NCBI GenBank assembly: GCA_964349305.1
Contig: CAYGFS010000001.1
Location: 15,209-79,208, forward strand
Source of the DNA: an uncultured Pseudomonadales bacterium
GTDB lineage: Bacteria; Patescibacteriota; Microgenomatia; UBA1400; UBA12108
Direction of reading: 5' to 3'
Length of the DNA: 64,000 nucleotides
The translations under genes and the position numbers were made by a program. The notes beneath the pieces are model-generated. The model saw nothing but the letters and a program-made list of their open reading frames with translations, was not told where the DNA came from and searched no databases. This document shows, one piece after another, positions 54,463-63,527 of this stretch; the first letter of the stretch is position 1; the number at the start of each line of letters is the position of its first letter.

Positions 54463-56765
54463 TTAGCTTGCGACTCACGGACATATATCTCCCAGATATT
54501 ACCGGGCGAGACAGCAATATCTTTACGAAAATATTTTGGATTTTTAATGAACTGGACGAGACGGGTATTACTATCAAGCAAGTCAAATTTCGTAAGGGAT
54601 AAATCGTCCTGCGCTATCACAAGATAATCGACCTGATTGTCCACAAAGTATTGCATGATCTCAGCATCCGAAGAGTTTAGAATAGGAAATAGCTCTTTGA
54701 CACCATAGCCGGAATACATATTCCACGCGATTAATGCGGTTTGATAGGCAGTAGAGGTGGGTGGACCAAAGATTAATATTTTAGAACCTAGCCTAGCATG
54801 TGACTTGAGATAGGGTGAAACAAATTCTATTTCACCGGAGTTACCAAACAGCATTAGCTGTTCCCGTCTGGCAAAATCCCATGGTCTATAATGAGAGACG
54901 CGCACAATGATAAACAAATAAGGTAAAAGTAAAAAAACCAAGGCAGCGATAGATAGACTGACATATGTGGGTTTAATGTTTTTGATACGAAGAATGGTAT
55001 ATACCAAAAAGCTTGCGCCTAACCCTACAGCAATCATGAGCGGATATGGATTTTGCCCATCAGTGTGACCGGCAACCTGGCGAAGCCAGTAGTTGATTGT
55101 CTGTAGTGAATTTTTTACGACTTCTTCACTATTTTGAGTACTCACCACGACCGGATTGGCATTATTTAGTGTAGCTTGTAGATGGGAAAACGAGGGACCA
55201 AAGTTCCAGCCGATAAAATCAGATTGTGTCAGGGATAGTGCAGCAAAGGCGATAACTCCTACGAGTATTTTCTTGGGTTTTGTGGCAAACTTGACGATGC
55301 CAGATGTAATTGTAATTGCTATGATCGGGAATATGATCAGTAAATAGCGGTTGTTGGCACCCCCAAAAAAAGTCAAAGTGAGGAAGTATAGATAAAGTGA
55401 CCAAAATAGTGGGATTAGTAATAGTTTGTTCGTGATCAGCGAAAAAAAGCCAATTATTTTGGGAATGAGGTAAACAGTGCCAAATGTAGGTGCGAGCAAT
55501 AGTGCTAGAAAATCAGTGGCGGACAATTGCTCTACTTGGGTTTGCACAAGTCTTTGGATGACATAGAACTGGTGATAGTCGGAAGTGAGGGGAGTTGTTC
55601 CGCTCCCGTAGAGAGCGATGTTGCGGTAGAACCACGCCAAGCCAAGCCATGAAAGAGCTAGCGGAGCGAGACAGCAGAGAGCTGTCCAGCTATAGTGTCG
55701 TGCTTGATTCTTAGATATTGAAAACAAGGCAAGCGCGAGAGACAGTAGGGAAAAAATTACGAGCGCTGATAGGCTAGGGACGGCGTAGCCAAAGCCGGTG
55801 AGTCCGGTGAGTGGATGTCTGGTCAAGTAATAAGGAGCAATAATAAAAATTCCAAGAGGAAACCGAAGCCAAGCCCTAGCCCACGCCAACTTGATCGCAA
55901 TAATTATTAAGGAGATATAAACCAGCACTAATCCCTGACTTTTCAGCAGAATGCTGGCAGCTAAGATAATTCCGAGTGCAGCACTGAGATAAACCTGGCT
56001 GCGGGCTGATGATAAATTAAAATAGATGTATTCGAGGAAGTAGAATGTGGTGAGTCCGATAAACCCGTATATTACGTCAGGATATAGGCTCCAGTTGAAG
56101 AGCAAGCCGTCGATCCCTGGTAATGACAGTAAAATAATAATTGTGACAATTGAATTGAATTTAGATAAGTACTTTCGGGCATATAAATAGGTGAGCAGTA
56201 ATATCCCTATGAAAGCTGGCAAAGTCAAAAAGCGGAAATTTTCGGTAAATAGGGAATTTGAAAGGATATAGTTAGAGGCATACAAAATAGGTCCCCCAAT
56301 GGGGGGGATTGTCATGGGGTCGGCAGTATAGACATCTTTGAACGGGGCATGACCAGTTGTCACGATACTCCTGGCATAGGGTAAATACGAGTTAATTATG
56401 TCTGGATCAATGATTGGATGAACTGCGTATATAGTAATAACCTTAAATATCATAATAATGGTTATTAGCACGGCAAATTTTTCGATCCGCGATAATTTGG
56501 CTAGGTACAATACTTTGGATCTAAAAATTGTGCGAATACTTTGGAGAGTCAATATTCCTCCTAGTGTAGTGAGAATATAAACCGCCAATCGTATGTTAAT
56601 TTGCGAGAAAAGACTGCTCCAAGAGGCTAATACGATAAATAGACCCGAGCTAAGCGCCATGGAAAAAACTATTTTCTCAAAATTGTGCCACCCCTGTACC
56701 AATTTTGAATTCCAAATTACCCCAGTGAGAGAAAAGTAGAGAATAAGCGGGAAAATCAGACCCAT
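54459..56765 (-). CDS. large polytopic membrane protein (768 aa), probable GT-C-type glycosyltransferase/polymerase
   Basis: About 20 TM helices plus a C-terminal soluble domain. AT-rich gene. Tail-to-tail CTAG overlap with the 52615..54462 gene. Confidence 0.4.
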   Translation of the reverse strand: MGLIFPLILYFSLTGVIWNSKLVQGWHNFEKIVFSMALSSGLFIVLASWSSLFSQINIRLAVYILTTLGGILTLQSIRTIFRSKVLYLAKLSRIEKFAVLITIIMIFKVITIYAVHPIIDPDIINSYLPYARSIVTTGHAPFKDVYTADPMTIPPIGGPILYASNYILSNSLFTENFRFLTLPAFIGILLLTYLYARKYLSKFNSIVTIIILLSLPGIDGLLFNWSLYPDVIYGFIGLTTFYFLEYIYFNLSSARSQVYLSAALGIILAASILLKSQGLVLVYISLIIIAIKLAWARAWLRFPLGIFIIAPYYLTRHPLTGLTGFGYAVPSLSALVIFSLLSLALALFSISKNQARHYSWTALCCLAPLALSWLGLAWFYRNIALYGSGTTPLTSDYHQFYVIQRLVQTQVEQLSATDFLALLLAPTFGTVYLIPKIIGFFSLITNKLLLIPLFWSLYLYFLTLTFFGGANNRYLLIIFPIIAITITSGIVKFATKPKKILVGVIAFAALSLTQSDFIGWNFGPSFSHLQATLNNANPVVVSTQNSEEVVKNSLQTINYWLRQVAGHTDGQNPYPLMIAVGLGASFLVYTILRIKNIKPTYVSLSIAALVFLLLPYLFIIVRVSHYRPWDFARREQLMLFGNSGEIEFVSPYLKSHARLGSKILIFGPPTSTAYQTALIAWNMYSGYGVKELFPILNSSDAEIMQYFVDNQVDYLVIAQDDLSLTKFDLLDSNTRLVQFIKNPKYFRKDIAVSPGNIWEIYVRESQAN

Positions 56766-57847
56766 GGCGAGCCGTTAATAGCATGTGCGATTTGGACGAC
56801 CTCAGCTTTGGACAAATACGGACCACAAGGAATGGAGAGTATTTCTTTAGTCAGCTGACGCGAAACCGGCAAATTGAGATCTGCGTATTCACGATTAAAA
56901 AGAGGCTGGTCTGGGATCAGGATGGGATAATGAACGAGGGTGGGAATATTTAATTGTTGCAAATATGTTTGTAATTCATTACGCTTTTTGACTCTGATGA
57001 CAAACTGATGGTAATTGGCCTGGGTAGAGGGTAGTGGCAAAATTGGATCTATTTTGGATTTATCTAGGTTTTCTAGATAAATTTTGGCATTGGCGGATCG
57101 GCGACCATTGAGCTCGTTTAAGTGCTTGAGCTTTTCCCTCAGTAGGGCTGCCTGGAGTTCATCTAACCGACTATTTAAGCCATAGACGACGTGCTCGTAT
57201 TTCTTGGCCTGACCATAGTCACGGATTTGGCGGCATTTGGTGGCCAAAGCATCATCATTCGTCGTAATACATCCGGCGTCGCCAATGGCACCAAGATTTT
57301 TGGTCGGGTAGAAACTAAAACAACCAAGCTCACCAATCGTGCCAAGCATTTGCTGCTTGTACATTGAGCCGTGCGCCTGTGCAGCATCCTCGATGACGAA
57401 TAGGTTGTGGGTCTTCGCTATCTCTCGAATTGGCTCAATTGCACAAGCATTGCCATAGAGATGGACGGGCAAGATCGCACGGGTTTTAGGTGTAATGGCC
57501 GCTTTGATTAATGCTTCATCAATTTGTCCATCAAGCTTGGTGTCGACAAAAACTGGAGTGGCTCCGACCGCGATAATAGCCAAGGTTGTGGCAATGGCTG
57601 AAAGCGGAGTAGTAATAACTTCGTCCCCCGGCCCGATGCCGAGCGCCATCAGCGATATTTGGATGGCTTCTAAACCGTTTGATACGCCGATGACGTGCTT
57701 TGAACCCAAGTAGTCAGCAAATTCGGCTTCAAATGATTCGACCTCTTTGCCTAAAATATACCACCCTGAGTCGAGAGTCCTAGTAAAGGCGGCATGATAC
57801 AACTCGGAAAATTCCTTGGCTTCGGCTTTAAAATCGACAAATTGCAT
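56756..57847 (-). CDS. DegT/DnrJ/EryC1/StrS-family sugar aminotransferase
   Basis: 363 aa, VSNGLEAIQISL..., conserved Lys region (SFYPTKNLGAIGDAG). Confidence 0.85.
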   Translation of the reverse strand: MQFVDFKAEAKEFSELYHAAFTRTLDSGWYILGKEVESFEAEFADYLGSKHVIGVSNGLEAIQISLMALGIGPGDEVITTPLSAIATTLAIIAVGATPVFVDTKLDGQIDEALIKAAITPKTRAILPVHLYGNACAIEPIREIAKTHNLFVIEDAAQAHGSMYKQQMLGTIGELGCFSFYPTKNLGAIGDAGCITTNDDALATKCRQIRDYGQAKKYEHVVYGLNSRLDELQAALLREKLKHLNELNGRRSANAKIYLENLDKSKIDPILPLPSTQANYHQFVIRVKKRNELQTYLQQLNIPTLVHYPILIPDQPLFNREYADLNLPVSRQLTKEILSIPCGPYLSKAEVVQIAHAINGSPWV

Positions 57848-57852
57848 AGTAG

Positions 57853-58287
57853 TTATTTGTTTTTTAGATCGACTTGCTTCTTAAATTCGGCGTACTGCCG
57901 GATATAGTCAGACTCCTCATACTTGTCTGAGGCCAGTATAAGCATCACGGTGTCGCTGCCAATGTCGTGCATCTCGTGCCAGACCATAGGACGGAGAATG
58001 ACACCAATTGAGGGGTCGTCTAGGACTACTTCTTCCCGGTTGTAACCATTGTCGAGGATCATTTTCATACTCCCACGAATACAGAAAAAAACCTGTTCGA
58101 GTTTTTTGTGAGTATGATAACCTCTGGGTAAATTGGGCGCGTTATCGACCATGTAGTAAACCCGTTTAATCACGAAGGGGATCTGCTTGCCAGTTTCGGC
58201 CACACACATGAGACAATCATCATTGATTGTTTGCAAGATTACTTTTTCGATTAAGGGTTTTTTTGCCATAAGCCACGAACGTGCCAA
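57853..58287 (-). CDS. FdtA/QdtA-like (WxcM C-terminal domain) NDP-sugar 3,4-ketoisomerase, cupin fold
   Basis: 144 aa. IPFVIKRVYYMVDNAPNLPRGYHTHKKLEQVFFCIRGS matches the FdtA-family core. Adjacent to the DegT aminotransferase (FdtA-FdtB-type pair). Confidence 0.65.
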   Translation of the reverse strand: MARSWLMAKKPLIEKVILQTINDDCLMCVAETGKQIPFVIKRVYYMVDNAPNLPRGYHTHKKLEQVFFCIRGSMKMILDNGYNREEVVLDDPSIGVILRPMVWHEMHDIGSDTVMLILASDKYEESDYIRQYAEFKKQVDLKNK

Positions 58288-59234
58288 TATAATGGACCCA
58301 GATGCTTTGAGATCTTACTTCTGAGTATAGCAGATAGTTTCCTCTGCGGAGGATCGAGCTTAAAGGTTGGATCAATGGTTTGGACCAGTTTGAGTTGTTT
58401 ATTTAATTCTTGAATATATGGCTGATAAATATATTTGACGGTGTGTTTGTCAAATTGATATCCGTGTGCATAGTCGTAATTGGACGGATTCCAATATTCT
58501 AGTTGGTGGAAGTGATACACGACTAGTTTATCGCGATTGATATATACCTCGCCTTGGTTTTTGGTTACCTGGTACTGAGCAATATTCCAGGGGGCTGCAT
58601 TGACGCCTAAATTCTGGGAAATGGAGATACTCTGATATTTCTTGGGCCACTGGTTGAGATAAAGCTGATCGCCAAATCGCCCTGGTTCCTCTTTGAGATA
58701 GCACCACTCGTTACACCGCTCTCTCCACCAATTGATGCAAGCCCTCCCCTCTTTGTCATTTTTCCAAAACTGGACTGCGACATTAAATCGCCCCGAGATA
58801 TTGTCTCGGTATTTTTGATCTTGAGGATACCGATGCTCCACCATATAGATGGATTTGTCACCCATTTCTTGGATAATTGCACCAGGTGAGGAGTAAAAAT
58901 ACAGATCTGCGTCAAGATAGGAGACAACATCGATATCTTTATGGTGAGCCAAGACATATCGCGGCAGAGAGGGAGTACAAGTCCAAAAATATTCGACCAG
59001 ACTGCGATTAGATTTGGCCTTTTTCAAGGCAGAATCTTCAAAATCTGACAGGGCAATGGTGGTGACCCCTTTGAGATGCAAAGTATCCAAAATGTTCTGG
59101 GTATATGGGTCCATACACAGTACATCGAGTTTGGCGGTGGGATCGTGCCTAAGTAGGGAGGCGTGGAGTGCCAGTCCTTTGAGAAGGTAGTTTTTGTTAA
59201 AATAGGTACTATAGCGCAACTTGGGTGACTTCAT
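58251..59234 (-). CDS. nucleotide-diphospho-sugar transferase, GT-A fold with DxD (family uncertain)
   Basis: 327 aa with VVSYLDADLYFYS DxD motif. No further assignment possible. Confidence 0.4.
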   Translation of the reverse strand: MKSPKLRYSTYFNKNYLLKGLALHASLLRHDPTAKLDVLCMDPYTQNILDTLHLKGVTTIALSDFEDSALKKAKSNRSLVEYFWTCTPSLPRYVLAHHKDIDVVSYLDADLYFYSSPGAIIQEMGDKSIYMVEHRYPQDQKYRDNISGRFNVAVQFWKNDKEGRACINWWRERCNEWCYLKEEPGRFGDQLYLNQWPKKYQSISISQNLGVNAAPWNIAQYQVTKNQGEVYINRDKLVVYHFHQLEYWNPSNYDYAHGYQFDKHTVKYIYQPYIQELNKQLKLVQTIDPTFKLDPPQRKLSAILRSKISKHLGPLYWHVRGLWQKNP

Positions 59235-59236
59235 AA

Positions 59237-60109
59237 CTAATGATTGTACTGCGCTTTGATCCGCTTAAGCAATTTGTGAACCCCTGGGAATGGTAAGGTT
59301 AACAAGTAAGCCGTCTTAAGTATCAGTCTGAGGTAGTTGATTGTGCGGAATCTCGCCGGGCAAGCGAGGGTAATAAACCAGAATTGATCAATGATATTGA
59401 GTTTTGACCTCCGATCAAACATGAGTTCGAGTGATTGTTTGAGGCTAATTGTTTCTGAGAGAGAATCACCAATCCCAGTATTCCTGACGTCGTTGGTAAC
59501 TACACAATCATCTCTGACAACAAGGGTATAGCCTAGTCTTTTCGCGCGAATCGTCAGCTCGTAATCTGAGATATAGTGGGGAAGATGATGAGACAGGAGT
59601 CCGATGTGATGAAACATGGACACTGGGTAGAGCGTACCTTTGGTGGTGATCGCGTCGAGTGGATCAGATGACTTGGTTCTGCCCGCGATCTTCCCCCGAG
59701 ACCAATCGATCATAACGCCCAAGTCCCACAATTTGCCAGTCTTTTGATCGATTATTTTTGAGCCAACCACCATTTTCTCTTTGGCATACTTGGAAATCTG
59801 AGCAAGATATGATTCATCAATTTGACAATCGTTGTTAATAGTTAGGATATAGTCGTTGCCACTAGCATGCTGCAAAATGTATTGAATACCGATGTTGAGT
59901 GATCCTGTCCACCAGAGATTGCCGCTGCCTGTGATCACTTTGACTTGGGGGTAGTGCTGTTTGAGATAATTACCAGTACCATCGGTTGAGCCGTCATCAA
60001 CTACCACAATTTGAAAATTCTGATATTTTTGCTTTGCTAAACAGGTTAATAGCTGTTTGAGATTGGTCAAATCGTTGTGGACTGCGGTCAAAACGTAGAG
60101 TTGGTTCAT
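59237..60109 (-). CDS. glycosyltransferase family 2
   Basis: YVLTAVHNDLTNL...[12 protein letters not shown] and a DxD-type region. Confidence 0.8.
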   Translation of the reverse strand: MNQLYVLTAVHNDLTNLKQLLTCLAKQKYQNFQIVVVDDGSTDGTGNYLKQHYPQVKVITGSGNLWWTGSLNIGIQYILQHASGNDYILTINNDCQIDESYLAQISKYAKEKMVVGSKIIDQKTGKLWDLGVMIDWSRGKIAGRTKSSDPLDAITTKGTLYPVSMFHHIGLLSHHLPHYISDYELTIRAKRLGYTLVVRDDCVVTNDVRNTGIGDSLSETISLKQSLELMFDRRSKLNIIDQFWFITLACPARFRTINYLRLILKTAYLLTLPFPGVHKLLKRIKAQYNH

Positions 60110-61104
60110 TTGGTCGTTTTCTTTTGCAAAATAATCAAATAACTTTCTCCCATGCCAAGTGCATCAACCAGGCGGTTAATCGGCATCACTATCCAGACGG
60201 AGAAACGAACAGCTGCCACGATTACTCTGTGAAGCAAGGAGGTGGCTGTGGGAAGATTTTTTTTAGCCTTGTCACCTGTTGAGACAGCTTGTGTCCAGAT
60301 TGGATTTTGCCTCCCCTCTTGTATGGGTGTAAAGAGAGCTCGCAGCTGCATAATAGTCCACAAGTTAGGGGTAATCGTACGACAGGTGACAACTTCCAAT
60401 CCTGCTTGATCTGCAAGTAGCGATAATGATTTCCGAGTAAAAAAATTGAGATGATAGGGGATGTGCCAATGAATCCAACGTCGTCTAAAAATATGCCGGT
60501 AAAGGGCGTCGTAGTTTGGCAAACTCAAGACAAGTTGACCGGAAGCTACCAGCTTTTTACCCGCTGATCGCAAGAACTTTTTGGGGTCTGGCTCGTGTTC
60601 TAGGACTTGGCTACCGGTGATTAGATCAAACTGAATATTCTGGAACGGCAAATCGGTAATAAAACCTTGATGGACATTTAGTTTAAGCTGACGTGCAACA
60701 CGCGCACCATGTGGATCTGGCTCTACACCGTAAGCGATACCCCCTAGGGCTTTGATCTCCAGTAGTGAGACGCCGGAGGCAGAACCGATATCCAAGACTT
60801 TTTGACCTTTGCGGGTTTGCCAGTGGGTCGTATTGTCGACACCCTCAAACCAGGCTCTCCACGGGGAGATTAACCTTATCTGAGATTTGAGTGTTTTGGC
60901 ATCAACGACCGACAAGGGGTAATGGTCGGTATAGAACTGCCCTATTTTGGCGCGAGTGAGTCCCGGAGCTGTTTTGCCAAACCCACACGCAATGCAGCGG
61001 TAAATGTCATGCAATCCCGGGGCACCGTATCTATCGTCAAATAAACGTGATTGATTGAGCCGCATCGGCTGATGGCAAATCTGACAGGTCATTTTTTTAG
61101 CCAT
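60106..61104 (-). CDS. class I SAM-dependent methyltransferase with an N-terminal Cys4 zinc-ribbon
   Basis: CQICHQ...CIACGF zinc ribbon, then VLDIGSASGVSLL (motif I) and a Methyltransf_11/23-like core. Confidence 0.7.
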   Translation of the reverse strand: MAKKMTCQICHQPMRLNQSRLFDDRYGAPGLHDIYRCIACGFGKTAPGLTRAKIGQFYTDHYPLSVVDAKTLKSQIRLISPWRAWFEGVDNTTHWQTRKGQKVLDIGSASGVSLLEIKALGGIAYGVEPDPHGARVARQLKLNVHQGFITDLPFQNIQFDLITGSQVLEHEPDPKKFLRSAGKKLVASGQLVLSLPNYDALYRHIFRRRWIHWHIPYHLNFFTRKSLSLLADQAGLEVVTCRTITPNLWTIMQLRALFTPIQEGRQNPIWTQAVSTGDKAKKNLPTATSLLHRVIVAAVRFSVWIVMPINRLVDALGMGESYLIILQKKTTK

Positions 61105-62309
61105 ATTTTTTGACGAAAATTCAAGTAATTAGTGGATAAATAGTATAGGTAAAATAGCACGGCAACACTGGTCGAGAGATTGATGAACGATAAACTCATG
61201 CCGCTATCTACAAAAAGGTAATTAACAAAATCAACTGAGACACCCTGACCGAAGCGATAGAAGAGAAATAGATTTAAAAAGAGAATTGTCGAGATTCCGT
61301 AGTACCAAAATCGTGACTGTTTAGTCGGATACGCATGATACATAATCAGTGAGAGCATAAACGCGGGAAATAAGTGATTTTCGTGAGCTCCGGTAAACAA
61401 CATGGCATAGCTAAAGAGGATGGTTAGACTAGTTTTCATTACTCCTATCACCTTATCTTTAGTAATCATCATATTTAACAATGAAAGACCGGAGACTAGT
61501 ATAAACATAATTTTGCTCAGGTTGGAAATCCAGGATGGAGTAAGATTCTCTGGAATAAAAATCTGCCGAATGAGCCAGTGGAAGTTCATCGCATTGATCG
61601 AGAGGTACTTGCCATGACCTGCAGACATGATAATAATATTAACAAAATCTCTCAAGTCATACACCAGAAATACAATGGCTACCGTGAGTAAGCACCCTAG
61701 AGCAAATACTATGCCATGGCGAAATTTAAACTTTAACCGCAGCGGATTAAAACTTATTTCTACAAATGAAAGTAGGAATGCAGGTACCAGGAATATGGGA
61801 ATCAACTTGATAAGAAAAGTGATGGCCAAGTTGATACCAGAGAGAAAATATCGTTTTTGCTGGTAAAAATAATACGCAAGAATTAGAGAAGGGACAACAT
61901 AAATGTCGATGTATCCCAAGACCAGGGTGATCCAAATGAGGGCGGGATTGAGGAGGATTAGCAGTTTGTTGGTAACCGACGTTTTGAGCAGTAATACTGA
62001 GATAAGGAGGAAGAACAAAATACTATATTTAATCGGCAAATACTCCCTGCCAATAACTTCTGGTTTTTGATAATCTTCGAGCCAACTCTGATCATAATGG
62101 AAATCAGAAAGTTTGGCTGTGGACCAAATAATAAGCGACGATAAAGGTGGGTAGTACATGTTGTAGACCTTATATGCTCGGGTAGGGCCGTATTCTAGAT
62201 TGACCGATGCGCTACGGACCCAGGCGGCCATATCGGATGTGCCAAATAGTGGAAAACTAAAATAAATGGTCAAGCATGCCAATAAACCTAGTAGAACAGT
62301 GTGTTTCAT
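61089..62309 (-). CDS. hypothetical polytopic membrane protein (possible GT-C-type)
   Basis: 406 aa, about 11 TM helices, AT-rich. Confidence 0.4.
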   Translation of the reverse strand: MKHTVLLGLLACLTIYFSFPLFGTSDMAAWVRSASVNLEYGPTRAYKVYNMYYPPLSSLIIWSTAKLSDFHYDQSWLEDYQKPEVIGREYLPIKYSILFFLLISVLLLKTSVTNKLLILLNPALIWITLVLGYIDIYVVPSLILAYYFYQQKRYFLSGINLAITFLIKLIPIFLVPAFLLSFVEISFNPLRLKFKFRHGIVFALGCLLTVAIVFLVYDLRDFVNIIIMSAGHGKYLSINAMNFHWLIRQIFIPENLTPSWISNLSKIMFILVSGLSLLNMMITKDKVIGVMKTSLTILFSYAMLFTGAHENHLFPAFMLSLIMYHAYPTKQSRFWYYGISTILFLNLFLFYRFGQGVSVDFVNYLFVDSGMSLSFINLSTSVAVLFYLYYLSTNYLNFRQKIWLKK

Positions 62310-62881
62310 AAGTCTTTCTTTAACATAGTATTCCCATACGACGCGTAGACCTTATGATAACCGTTTTTGAGATAAAAATTGATGGCTTTAGTGTTGGATG
62401 TATAAGTATCAACATAAATGCAGCGCGGGATGTCCACAATAAACTTGTCGATAGATTGAATTAATTTTGAACCAATATTCTTCCTGCGATAGTTTTCGTC
62501 GACCGCGATAGTCATAATGCCGGGATACGACTTTGGCAGATATTTATTGCTCTGCAGCATGAACAGCCGATGATTGACTTGCAAAATGATCGTCCACGGG
62601 TGGATACACATACCCAGGACAACTTTACATAGTTCGGCTGGAGAAAATCGCTTGGCGATTTGGTCAACTACTGTAGGCAAATCGAGAGCGAAGGAAATAA
62701 TTCCAATTACTTGATTATGCTCTTTGTAGAGGATGACTTTGGCGGCTTTTGACTTGATGGTGCTTTCATAAAGCTTGCGGATCAGCCAGCTGCCAATCTG
62801 AGAGTTGGGAGTATTGCCGAGCGCCTGGAGATGGAGCTTGGTAATTTGATCTAAATCCTTGAGACTCGCTGTTACGATCAT
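62306..62881 (-). CDS. GNAT-family N-acetyltransferase
   Basis: Motif A IAVDENYRRKNIGSKLIQ. Start set at MIVTASLKDLD to avoid overlapping the upstream gene. Confidence 0.65.
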   Translation of the reverse strand: MIVTASLKDLDQITKLHLQALGNTPNSQIGSWLIRKLYESTIKSKAAKVILYKEHNQVIGIISFALDLPTVVDQIAKRFSPAELCKVVLGMCIHPWTIILQVNHRLFMLQSNKYLPKSYPGIMTIAVDENYRRKNIGSKLIQSIDKFIVDIPRCIYVDTYTSNTKAINFYLKNGYHKVYASYGNTMLKKDL

Positions 62882-62885
62882 AAAA

Positions 62886-63527
62886 TTACTTGGTGAGAAA
62901 TACCGCTGTACTAGCAAAGAGGTTGGGATAATTTTTGAGGACTATCTTGGTGCTACCGAATAAACTTTTTGGGAAAATATGGGATTCCTTCAATATTTTG
63001 AATTTGTTCCGGTCGCAAAAGTTGCGGAAATCCTGGATAGATAATTGATGGATATGACCGGTAGAATACCAGTCGTAACTAGGTATCATAGTTTTGGGCA
63101 TCACCCCTTTTATAAGCAGTTCTAACCGATTGAGTGCAAACGCAAAATTGGGAAAAGTCACAATTTGAAAGCGACTAATGCGGTGCATTTCTTGGAGGAG
63201 AATTTCTGGATACATGACCATCTGCAAGGTGACGTTACAGGTGGCATAATCAAATTGCTTGTCTTTGTAGGGCAGGAGTGTATCAATTTTGCCCTGCCGA
63301 ACTTTTAGACCTTTCTGCAGGGAAACTTTAACCCCGCTCCGGCTGATTTCTACCCCTTCTCCCTGAACTTTCTTGGAGTTTTTTAACAATAAAAGCAGGG
63401 AGCCATCCCCAGATCCCAGGTCAATAACTTTAGCGCGTGGTTTGTCGATCAGGTCAGCGATAATGGGATATTCATCGCGACTCGCGGTAGAGTCTGCGCT
63501 AAAATGATAATTGCGATTGTCATTCAT
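62886..63527 (-). CDS. class I SAM-dependent methyltransferase (MetW-like small MTase)
   Basis: VIDLGSGDGSLLLLL motif I, about 210 aa. Confidence 0.65.
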   Translation of the reverse strand: MNDNRNYHFSADSTASRDEYPIIADLIDKPRAKVIDLGSGDGSLLLLLKNSKKVQGEGVEISRSGVKVSLQKGLKVRQGKIDTLLPYKDKQFDYATCNVTLQMVMYPEILLQEMHRISRFQIVTFPNFAFALNRLELLIKGVMPKTMIPSYDWYSTGHIHQLSIQDFRNFCDRNKFKILKESHIFPKSLFGSTKIVLKNYPNLFASTAVFLTK

